Virus record (IMG/VR): IMGVR_UViG_3300044212_000014
Span: 10,272-74,271 of that record
Length of the DNA: 64,000 bases
Strand: one strand, 5' to 3'
Source: a virus
Taxonomy: Duplodnaviria > Caudoviricetes
Below, piece by piece: positions 39,219 through 46,395 of this stretch (position 1 is the first letter of the stretch; every line of letters begins with the position of its first letter). The translations under genes were made by a program, and so were the position numbers. Under the pieces are notes generated by a model. The model was not told the DNA's origin. It saw only the letters and a program-made list of their open reading frames with translations, and did not search any database.

Positions 39219-39247
39219 ATTATACATCACATATGATCATCTGTCAA
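39219..39247 (-). promoter_or_regulatory. Sigma70-type promoter
   Basis: TTGACA-17-TATAAT on minus strand. Confidence 0.75.
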
Positions 39248-39500
39248 GGAAAATACGTTTAAATTCTTTCGTTTTTTTATACTTATTTATTGCGTCCTCC
39301 CAGCATCCAGTACACCCATTGCCGCGACACCGTATTGGAGGGCAGTAATATAATCTTGCCGTTCCAATAAAATGTTCTAGTCTTTTCATCCTCGGGTTCC
39401 CCAGTATTATATTTGCGACCCGAAATGTAGTTTTCATTTCGGCATTTGGTTCGTTCCTAAAACACATAGTTAGAACCACCAAAACGTCATTTGAATACAT
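39237..39500 (-). CDS. CxxCW-family small protein 7
   Basis: CPPIRCRGNGCTGCW. Confidence 0.6.
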   Translation of the reverse strand: MYSNDVLVVLTMCFRNEPNAEMKTTFRVANIILGNPRMKRLEHFIGTARLYYCPPIRCRGNGCTGCWEDAINKYKKTKEFKRIFLDR

Positions 39501-39820
39501 TACATCACCTCATATATCTCCCGATCTCTTTTATAAATTTTTGATTGATGATATTTTTTTATGGCCCCCTTCCAACATTGGTGGCAACTATAATAAGAGG
39601 AGCATGGGAGGACGCGCTGATTATCGCTAGGGCAACCAAAGTGTACGATTCCACTGCCCCAAATAAAATAATCTGCGATAGCTTTTATTTCTCTCTCGAT
39701 CGGTAGTCTAGGCCCTGTATAATCTCTACAAATTAAAGTCATAATCTCTAAGGCTTCCTTTCCAAACTCCCTTTCCATATCTCCTCCTAGTCTACATACG
39801 TCCCGTATATAATTCTCCAT
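39500..39820 (-). CDS. CxxCW-family small protein 8
   Basis: GCPSDNQRVLPCSSYYSCHQCW. Confidence 0.6.
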   Translation of the reverse strand: MENYIRDVCRLGGDMEREFGKEALEIMTLICRDYTGPRLPIEREIKAIADYFIWGSGIVHFGCPSDNQRVLPCSSYYSCHQCWKGAIKKYHQSKIYKRDREIYEVM

Positions 39821-40002
39821 TCCGTTGTAACAGAGGGGTTTTCTGTGGCATCTATTCTAGCCATCTCTTTCATTGCTGGTATACCAACGTCAAGAGTTTT
39901 TACTCTGAGTACAGTCGTCCATTCGTCCTCATGGTCATACGGAGTATCATATGACCGTTCCCGCATTTGTATTGAAACGTCCATGTTTTGTAAGTCAAAC
40001 AT
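39787..40002 (-). CDS. Hypothetical acidic protein
   Basis: GAGGTG RBS. Confidence 0.5.
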   Translation of the reverse strand: MFDLQNMDVSIQMRERSYDTPYDHEDEWTTVLRVKTLDVGIPAMKEMARIDATENPSVTTEWRIIYGTYVD

Positions 40003-40115
40003 TTAATATCACCTCTCAGTAAAGGAACTTGCAAGCCAAATACATAATATATAATATTGTGTATGACAACACTAGCCAAGCCAGCGCATAAGCAATATTT
40101 TGTTTTGTAAACATT

Positions 40116-40475
40116 TTACTTACCTTCTTTCCAACTAATTGATATTTTCGTCCGCCCACCGTAGTCTATTGGGGATTTACTAATGACATACCACATCTGC
40201 CGAAAATACCAACATATTTTTTCTATCTCCTCGTCAAAAAGATCATCTAAGTATACCTCTGTTATGTAATTACCTTCGTCTACCGCTTCCATTATTTTTA
40301 CGCTGATCATATCTATACTGCGGTAATTCTTCCTACCGTGAAAGAACGGTATGAGATATACTATCTGATTGCTATATTTTTTTTCTATGTATTTATTTCT
40401 TTTGCTAATCTCGGATATCCTTTTTTTATTATTATTCGCTATCGCTAGATTCCTAGCTTCTTCCGCATTTATCAT
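40116..40475 (-). CDS. Hypothetical protein carrying a 16-aa portal-derived antisense insertion
   Basis: MINAEEAR start with GGAGGG RBS; paralog of 40472. Confidence 0.6.
   Translation of the reverse strand: MINAEEARNLAIANNNKKRISEISKRNKYIEKKYSNQIVYLIPFFHGRKNYRSIDMISVKIMEAVDEGNYITEVYLDDLFDEEIEKICWYFRQMWYVISKSPIDYGGRTKISISWKEGK
40317..40364 (+). repeat. 48-bp exact direct copy of portal gene segment 49463-49510
   Basis: ACTGCGGTAATTCTTCCTACCGTGAAAGAACGGTATGAGATATACTAT at both sites. Confidence 0.95.
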
Positions 40476-40765
40476 TTCGCTCCCTCCCAACCGATTTTTA
40501 AAATATATGTATGTTCCCTCTCTGATAGTACATATGCCATATATCCTTTATCTTGTAAGTAATCAACAATATCATATACGGTTTTTCTATTAAAATCCTC
40601 AATAGTAAAATTAGTTTCGCTTTTCCCGTCCTCTGCCGTCTTAAATATTTTATCATCTATCTCAGACAATATAAGTGAAAATGCTTTTTCAAGTAGATAA
40701 ATGCGCATTTTCTTTGTATCTATTGCAACTTGAGTCTGTATCCATACTTCTCCCGCTGTTCTCAT
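40472..40765 (-). CDS. Hypothetical protein, paralog of 40116
   Basis: Shared I-x2-KI-x3-A-x2-G...GY...I-x-W pattern. Confidence 0.6.
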   Translation of the reverse strand: MRTAGEVWIQTQVAIDTKKMRIYLLEKAFSLILSEIDDKIFKTAEDGKSETNFTIEDFNRKTVYDIVDYLQDKGYMAYVLSEREHTYILKIGWEGAK

Positions 40766-41118
40766 TTAGAATTCCTCCTATATAATTCGTCGTGGTCAAT
40801 TTCGCGCTGTTCGGCAGGTGCGGATGTAATTATTGTAGGGGGATAACCAACAACTTCGTTACGTATTATTTCATATACCGGATACATTATATGCTTGTGC
40901 ATTAGATATAAGTTTTTTGGCGAGACTTCCGATTTTAGATTTGTTACGTCCTTAACTTTAGTATATCCTAAAGTTACAATGTTGTCAAGTGCCTCCTCTA
41001 AGCTTTCAATTCTCTTATGCAATTCTCTTATATAGCTAAAATTTGAGTCGTATAGTTGTTTTGTGTATTTCTCTTGATAATCAAGTTCTCTCATAACTTC
41101 TTTTCTAAACATAAACAT
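40762..41118 (-). CDS. Hypothetical protein
   Basis: GGAGG RBS. Confidence 0.55.
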   Translation of the reverse strand: MFMFRKEVMRELDYQEKYTKQLYDSNFSYIRELHKRIESLEEALDNIVTLGYTKVKDVTNLKSEVSPKNLYLMHKHIMYPVYEIIRNEVVGYPPTIITSAPAEQREIDHDELYRRNSK

Positions 41119-41166
41119 TGTAATTCCTCCTATTCATACAATACCGCGTATGGCATTATCGTCATA

Positions 41167-41484
41167 TCACACCTCTATTTCATTCTCGATAACATAATCA
41201 ACCAACTGGTCGATATCAATAGGGCCGTCCATGTCTCCAAGGCTATTAAAGCTAGTGGCTTCACCGTTGTCTTTGATATAAACATAGTCGTCACCATAGC
41301 GATATCGCTTACTTTTCACGATCCCCATGAGTTCGGCTCTGTTAAGGCCATTAAGGAATGTATCATTGTTAAAATCTATTCGTTCCCACCGATTATCCTC
41401 AGCGAACTTGTTCCAATTATATATAAAATCATCCGGTGTCATTTGTAAAAGTCTTGATTTAATCTCATTTTTGTCTGCAATCAT
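41167..41484 (-). CDS. Acidic early protein, paralog of 44228
   Basis: WN...SFNSLGD...P.D...L shared motif. Confidence 0.6.
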   Translation of the reverse strand: MIADKNEIKSRLLQMTPDDFIYNWNKFAEDNRWERIDFNNDTFLNGLNRAELMGIVKSKRYRYGDDYVYIKDNGEATSFNSLGDMDGPIDIDQLVDYVIENEIEV

Positions 41485-41665
41485 GGTAATACCTCCTATA
41501 TATCTAACTTACGTTTTTTAACTTCTTTAGCTTTAGGCTGGGGGAATCTAACCTTAGTAATGTCAACCTTTGTTATATTTCTTGTATCTCTCATTTCTAG
41601 GTAGTATTCCCCTCTCCATACAAATATCTTACCTTTTCTCCCGTTCTTAAATTGGATAGTCATAC

Positions 41666-42421
41666 CTATTTATCTAATCTAGCCTTTTTGCCAAATAATC
41701 TAGGCAATGCCACACAAAACACACCATAATCAAGGCTAAAAGTATCTTTTGGATTGCAAATTGCATATGAGTTAGCCCTATGCCCATTTTTAACCTTTGT
41801 TAGTCGTATTTTTTTACCTTCTACGTGTACCAATATATTATCCGGCAACTGATAGTTATGTTTAAGTTTTAATACTGATTGGGACGAAAACGAGCCTATA
41901 TTATCAAGATCAACCACCTGATTGCCGATAATATTTCTAACTACCGACATCCTACCAATAAACGCTTTGTTGAGAACTTCTAATAACACTACCTTATCAC
42001 CTTTGTGTAATTCTTCTCCCTGAACGTCAGTAACCTTTTTGATAACCTCATATTTTTTAAACACGTTTTCCGGCATTTTTGCTGTCCTACTTGAGTTTAT
42101 GTCCTTTATGCACATAACAGCTTCGGAAGTTACGTCATAACGGGGGGATAGCATTAGGTCTTCTTCATCAAAAAACCAGCAATCATGATATTCGCTAGGC
42201 TTACCCTTATATCTTTTATGGGTTTTAAGCCCCGATCCAGTATGCAATATAAGGCCTTCATTTTCAATAAATACCAAAGGATATTTAACAAGATATACAT
42301 TATCCTCATGTTCGGTATAATATCCTTGTATTACCCCGTGGCGACCCCTCAGCATCATATCGGCGCCTTTAAGTCCCCCTCTGTTTTTCGCAAATACGCG
42401 ATCTCCTAGTTTAAATTTCAT
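41666..42421 (-). CDS. Hypothetical protein
   Basis: 251-aa ORF with GAGG RBS. Confidence 0.6.
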   Translation of the reverse strand: MKFKLGDRVFAKNRGGLKGADMMLRGRHGVIQGYYTEHEDNVYLVKYPLVFIENEGLILHTGSGLKTHKRYKGKPSEYHDCWFFDEEDLMLSPRYDVTSEAVMCIKDINSSRTAKMPENVFKKYEVIKKVTDVQGEELHKGDKVVLLEVLNKAFIGRMSVVRNIIGNQVVDLDNIGSFSSQSVLKLKHNYQLPDNILVHVEGKKIRLTKVKNGHRANSYAICNPKDTFSLDYGVFCVALPRLFGKKARLDK

Positions 42422-42433
42422 TTTTATTTCCTC

Positions 42434-42613
42434 CTATTCAATTAAGAACTCATCATAACCGCATGTTATGTGGCATTTGCTTCTTTTCTTTATATTCCAT
42501 TGTATCGCGTCAATATCTTGACTATCTAAAGTATAACAGTTTTCGAGTAGCTCGTCAATACAATGGTTTAAGCTTCCTTGTGTAATTACCCTCCCGTTTA
42601 TTAATAGCTTCAT
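42434..42613 (-). CDS. Hypothetical protein directly downstream of hammerhead A
   Basis: GGGAGG SD 9 nt before ATG. Confidence 0.55.
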   Translation of the reverse strand: MKLLINGRVITQGSLNHCIDELLENCYTLDSQDIDAIQWNIKKRSKCHITCGYDEFLIE

Positions 42614-42623
42614 TTTAATCATC

Positions 42624-42692
42624 CTCCCTCATCAGTGCCATATAGCCTATGGCATACGTGAGAGTATGCGTCTCCTCTTCACGTTTCGGGAA
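42624..42692 (-). ncRNA. Type II hammerhead ribozyme A
   Basis: Minus strand: TTCCC-GAAA-C-stem III-GTA/cleavage-TGCCATA ggcta TATGGCA-CTGATGA-GGGAG. Confidence 0.85.
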
Positions 42693-42805
42693 ACAGTTCT
42701 CGTACTGTCAGACGATAATAGATTTGGGAATAAAGTAAGTAGTTTGACGCATGAACGGTTTTAGCCCCGTCAGGCACGAACATTAAACTGCTACCTCATG
42801 TTTCT

Positions 42806-42834
42806 ATCATATCATATTCTATTGGCTCTGTCAA
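42806..42834 (-). promoter_or_regulatory. Sigma70-type promoter upstream of hammerhead A
   Basis: TTGACA-17-TATGAT with TG. Confidence 0.7.
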
Positions 42835-42962
42835 TATAATCTTGTAAAGATTGTAGGCAAGGCGGCAAACAATAATTCACATTCTTACATTGATGATACC
42901 ATACGTTTATACCGTCGGACTTCTCGCGCTGTACATGACGCTCTCACCTCCTTTGTGCGTGT

Positions 42963-43226
42963 CTAGTACCAGTCGTCATTGTCATAATATTTTTTCACAT
43001 CAGCCCCCATTTCAGAGAGAGCTTTTAAGCATTGTAACTCATGGTCTACACAACCTCTGAAAATGATATCTCTTGTTCCCCTAACACTCACATCAATCCC
43101 CTGCATAGCCATCTCCGCCATGGCATTTGCAAAACAATAGTCCTCATGATTTAGCCCAATGCTGTTAATGATATCCCCTAATTCTTCCGGTGTATAACTC
43201 AATTTCTTTCCCATTTTATCCTCCAA
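42963..43226 (-). CDS. Hypothetical protein
   Basis: ORF in operon order. Confidence 0.55.
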   Translation of the reverse strand: MEDKMGKKLSYTPEELGDIINSIGLNHEDYCFANAMAEMAMQGIDVSVRGTRDIIFRGCVDHELQCLKALSEMGADVKKYYDNDDWY

Positions 43227-43482
43227 TTTTTACAAAATATAAGCAATCTAAGCCACGTTCCCACGACCGGATATTTTTGGTCGCAATTTTAACTTCATCA
43301 TTGAAGTCCTCTTTTGTAGTGCCAACCAAAGTAAACTCAATGGGACTAGCTATTTGTATATCGTCGTGATTCATGTACACTAGCAAGGTATTGCCTTTCT
43401 TAGCGTGTCGATATGCGGCATTTTTAGGTACTCTCATATATTCCTCGCCGTCTTTTATGACTCTCATTTCTTTAAACTGCAC
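43216..43482 (-). CDS. Hypothetical protein
   Basis: GGAGGT RBS, GTG start. Confidence 0.55.
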   Translation of the reverse strand: MQFKEMRVIKDGEEYMRVPKNAAYRHAKKGNTLLVYMNHDDIQIASPIEFTLVGTTKEDFNDEVKIATKNIRSWERGLDCLYFVKIGG

Positions 43483-43496
43483 TTATATACCTCCTA

Positions 43497-43850
43497 TTAC
43501 CAATGGAATTTACCTTTTCCGGGCTTAATTACCCAATTCGGATAAAAACCGCCTCTTTCGTTTAGGTATAGAATCCCTCTTATTTTCTCTTGTTTACCTC
43601 TTTTACCAACGATGTTCGTAGGCTGAACAATATTGAAAACATCTCTAATAATTCTTTGTATACGCCCCGTTGTGACACTATATTTACGGTCATCAAACCT
43701 AGCAAATTCTCCGTCCGTCCTAAATATCTCTGTTTGATATGACTTAATAACATACTCATTATCATCCGTATAGTATGCCGAGACAGACTCTCCTACGAAT
43801 GGTACGCTGTGTCTGATTTTATCTGGCATATCTTTATATGTAGTTTTCAT
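43497..43850 (-). CDS. Hypothetical phage protein (SY-x-T-x-I...YSVTT family)
   Basis: Motif commonly seen in early phage genes. Confidence 0.55.
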   Translation of the reverse strand: MKTTYKDMPDKIRHSVPFVGESVSAYYTDDNEYVIKSYQTEIFRTDGEFARFDDRKYSVTTGRIQRIIRDVFNIVQPTNIVGKRGKQEKIRGILYLNERGGFYPNWVIKPGKGKFHW

Positions 43851-43864
43851 TTTATTACGCCCCC

Positions 43865-44179
43865 TTATAGTAATACAGAATCTTGAATTTCTTCCGTTGC
43901 GAGTGCTATTGACTCTTGATTCAGTCCGGCCTTAATACCTTTTATTGCACCGCATACTTTTTCGTAAGTGGTAAATAGTAACTCAATTTTGAATGTCTTC
44001 TCGGTTATAACCTGCCCGTTTTCATGAGTATACACGCCCTCTGCGCCTACAAACGTAGCGCCGTCAATTCCATTCTTTGCAAACTCTCCATTGATAATGG
44101 ATTTTGCCTTTTTAACAGAGATAATTTGTTTCTTTAAATCCTTGTCAGCTAAGCCGACGTATAACGTATATCTTTTCAT
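43865..44179 (-). CDS. PII-fold protein, DUF3574-like / candidate SAM lyase
   Basis: GAT...GVY...G....EKT...LNQESI pattern. Confidence 0.6.
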   Translation of the reverse strand: MKRYTLYVGLADKDLKKQIISVKKAKSIINGEFAKNGIDGATFVGAEGVYTHENGQVITEKTFKIELLFTTYEKVCGAIKGIKAGLNQESIALATEEIQDSVLL

Positions 44180-44201
44180 ATCAACTCCACCTTTCAAAGT
44201 T

Positions 44202-44230
44202 ATTATATCACGTTTTTACAGCTTTGTCTA
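44202..44230 (-). promoter_or_regulatory. Sigma70-type promoter for the SAM-lyase-like gene
   Basis: TAGACA-17-TATAAT with TG. Confidence 0.7.
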
Positions 44231-44530
44231 CTGTTTTTCCAGCCACTCTTTCAACTCGTTCATATCAAACGGGCATTTAAAATCATCTAAACTATTAAAA
44301 CTAATTAAGTCATCTCCTATTTCTGATAGGGTAAAAAAATTGTCGTCCGTAGAATATAATCCAGTTTCTACCATCCACGCCATTTCCCAAGGGGTAGATT
44401 CGTTGAACCAGTGGTTAAAGTGGTCAGGAATATTTTCATGAATCCTATCACCTTCTCGTCCTTTTTCGCCAATCATGTCATTCCATAAACCAATCAATTC
44501 CATATCTGTTAAGTTTTTTAAATTTACCAT
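44228..44530 (-). CDS. Highly acidic early protein, paralog of 41167
   Basis: 22 D/E versus 7 K/R in 100 aa. Confidence 0.6.
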   Translation of the reverse strand: MVNLKNLTDMELIGLWNDMIGEKGREGDRIHENIPDHFNHWFNESTPWEMAWMVETGLYSTDDNFFTLSEIGDDLISFNSLDDFKCPFDMNELKEWLEKQ

Positions 44531-44531
44531 G

Positions 44532-44771
44532 TTAATTATTCCTTTCTTGAAAACGGCATCCAAAACTGAAATATGTTTTATGTGAAGAAATTTCTATAAA
44601 CCTAACTGGCTTATAAAAACCAGTACGATGTCTAAAACCTATAGCACCTAGACGAGCAAGTTCTTTTTTTGTAAGTAACTGCCCTTCTACTACCGGAATG
44701 TGAGATACACAAACCGCGTTTTTGTTTTTTGTGATGATAACTCCATCCGTCATGATTTTATAATATTTCAT
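44532..44771 (-). CDS. Hypothetical protein directly downstream of hammerhead B
   Basis: GAGGAGG SD before MKYYKI. Confidence 0.55.
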   Translation of the reverse strand: MKYYKIMTDGVIITKNKNAVCVSHIPVVEGQLLTKKELARLGAIGFRHRTGFYKPVRFIEISSHKTYFSFGCRFQERNN

Positions 44772-44790
44772 TTTAACTCCTCCTCTACCT

Positions 44791-44864
44791 ATCTCATCAG
44801 TGTATAGCCAGTAACCGCTATACAGACAGGGCAAATGCCCTGTTTCGATTCGCCCACCTGTCAC
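44791..44864 (-). ncRNA. Type II hammerhead ribozyme B
   Basis: ATC-GAAA-C-AGGGC attt GCCCT-GTC/cleavage-TGTATAGC ggttactg GCTATACA-CTGATGA-GAT; loop GTTAC can pair with upstream GTGAC. Confidence 0.85.
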
Positions 44865-45011
44865 GTAGGAAGTCTTTCTGTAAATTCAATTTTCAAAGAA
44901 CAGGTGTTCGCGTGGGAAACAACCCACGTTCCCGTTTTCATACTGGTTACATTCTCAGTAATAGCAAGTTACTATTACCTATCCGACCACTGCCGGACTT
45001 TCTATGGCTCT

Positions 45012-45040
45012 ATTATACAACCCTTGATTCAACTTGTCAA
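45012..45040 (-). promoter_or_regulatory. Early sigma70 promoter
   Basis: TTGACA-17-TATAAT with TG. Confidence 0.8.
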
Positions 45041-45099
45041 GCAAATCTTTTTTGAATGTAGACTGTCGCTATCTGCCGTTTCTACACCGGGAGATTTAC

Positions 45100-45160
45100 T
45101 GGTTTGTCTCGTCAGTATACAGAGAACCATTCTGTATATACGGGCATTGCCCGTTTCGAC
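45100..45160 (-). ncRNA. Type II hammerhead ribozyme C
   Basis: GTC-GAAA-C-GGGC aat GCCC-GTA/cleavage-TATACAGA atggttc TCTGTATA-CTGACGA-GAC; loop TGGTT pairs with downstream AACCA. Confidence 0.88.
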
Positions 45161-45177
45161 CTCTACCTTTCTCCTTC

Positions 45178-45206
45178 ATTCTACCATACTATTTCTTGCC
45201 TGTCAA
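45178..45206 (-). promoter_or_regulatory. Early sigma70 promoter upstream of hammerhead C
   Basis: TTGACA-17-TAGAAT with TG. Confidence 0.75.
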
Positions 45207-45276
45207 GGGATTTTGTGTGCCTGGCGACTGCCGATATTATCCGTCCTTCCAATCTGTCTGTCCCTTGACACTTACT

Positions 45277-45305
45277 ATCTTACATTATTTTGACCTGTTT
45301 GTCAA
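45277..45305 (-). promoter_or_regulatory. Early sigma70 promoter
   Basis: TTGACA-17-TAAGAT. Confidence 0.6.
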
Positions 45306-45314
45306 GCCTTTTCT

Positions 45315-45566
45315 TTACAGTGATTCCCAACCCGTTTTTTCGAGGTACTGGATGTCTACACATCCATATGCTTCTCCTATAGAATCAAGAGGGGCAAAAG
45401 ACGAATCGTTTGAAGAAAGGCCGTGAAAGTAAACCTTTCCGCCCCCGTCCACAAGCCGGAATTTGTGAACGCATTTTTCTTTGATAAACCTTGCGGTTTT
45501 ATATCCGGTCAACTTCTTTTCACCTGCGTTTGTGTCATTGATAAAATCCTTTGTAATTATGAACAT
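45315..45566 (-). CDS. Hypothetical protein, first gene of leftward region
   Basis: GGGG RBS before MFIITKDF. Confidence 0.55.
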   Translation of the reverse strand: MFIITKDFINDTNAGEKKLTGYKTARFIKEKCVHKFRLVDGGGKVYFHGLSSNDSSFAPLDSIGEAYGCVDIQYLEKTGWESL

Positions 45567-45612
45567 ATCGGTCGCCCCTTTTCTAATAACCATTAACTTA
45601 ACTTGCAAGCTC

Positions 45613-45641
45613 ATTGTACCATGTAGTGAAGGTGTTGTCAA
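45613..45641 (-). promoter_or_regulatory. Early sigma70 promoter
   Basis: TTGACA-17-TACAAT with TG. Confidence 0.75.
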
Positions 45642-45714
45642 GGAATATTTTGAAATTGGTGGGAAAACATTTTCACGTTCTCCTATAATGATATATATAT
45701 AAGAAACAATACCT

Positions 45715-45815
45715 AGTATGGTATATACCTATAGGGAGTAAGAGTATAAAGGTATACCCAGTTAGGGTATGAACCCATAGGGGGTATAAGTACATAGGTA
45801 TAGGGGGTATGGGTA
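45715..45815. repeat. Degenerate GGTAT / TAGGGRGTA short repeats in the divergent intergenic region
   Basis: CCTATAGGGAGTA, CCCATAGGGGGTATA, GGTATAGGGGGTATG plus several GGTAT. Confidence 0.55.
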
Positions 45816-46395
45816 TGGCATTTGGAACGGCGGGAAAAAGAAGAAACGTTCCTATTTAATAATAACCCTATTCTTTATATATACAGTAGTAAGTAGTAAC
45901 AGAGATTAAATGATAAAGAGTATTTGTTAGTAGTTTACATTATTAGATAACTAAAAACACAGAAACATATAAAAATAACTAATAATACTTAAAAATACAT
46001 AGTTTTAGACACTTCATATCCATTACTAATACCCATTACTTAACAATAATTATTCCTTAAGAATGGCTTAACAGAGCCGTTTATAGCGATAATGAGTATC
46101 ATTCTCAGGGGGTGGGGCTTCGTCAGGGCAAAGGAATGGCGGGGGGGCGATATTAGGGAAGTTATTCCAATCTTATACGTCCATTTTTTTACCAAATTAC
46201 GTTTTCCAAAAAATTTTTTACAATTTTCCATACCTATTTATATAAATATACAGCGTTTTTGCATAAAACTATCATATAACACGGGGTTTGTACCGACAAA
46301 TGCTAATATATATACAAATATAGTGTAGTAATGTACTGATAGTAAGACAAAAGAAAGTAAAGAAGACGAATAATAGTGTAAAGGGGAGATATAAT

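Noticed and set aside
46100-46200. Possible fourth hammerhead (CTGACGA on minus strand near 46120)
   Set aside because: No flanking stem I, no GAAA-stem III-UH arrangement.
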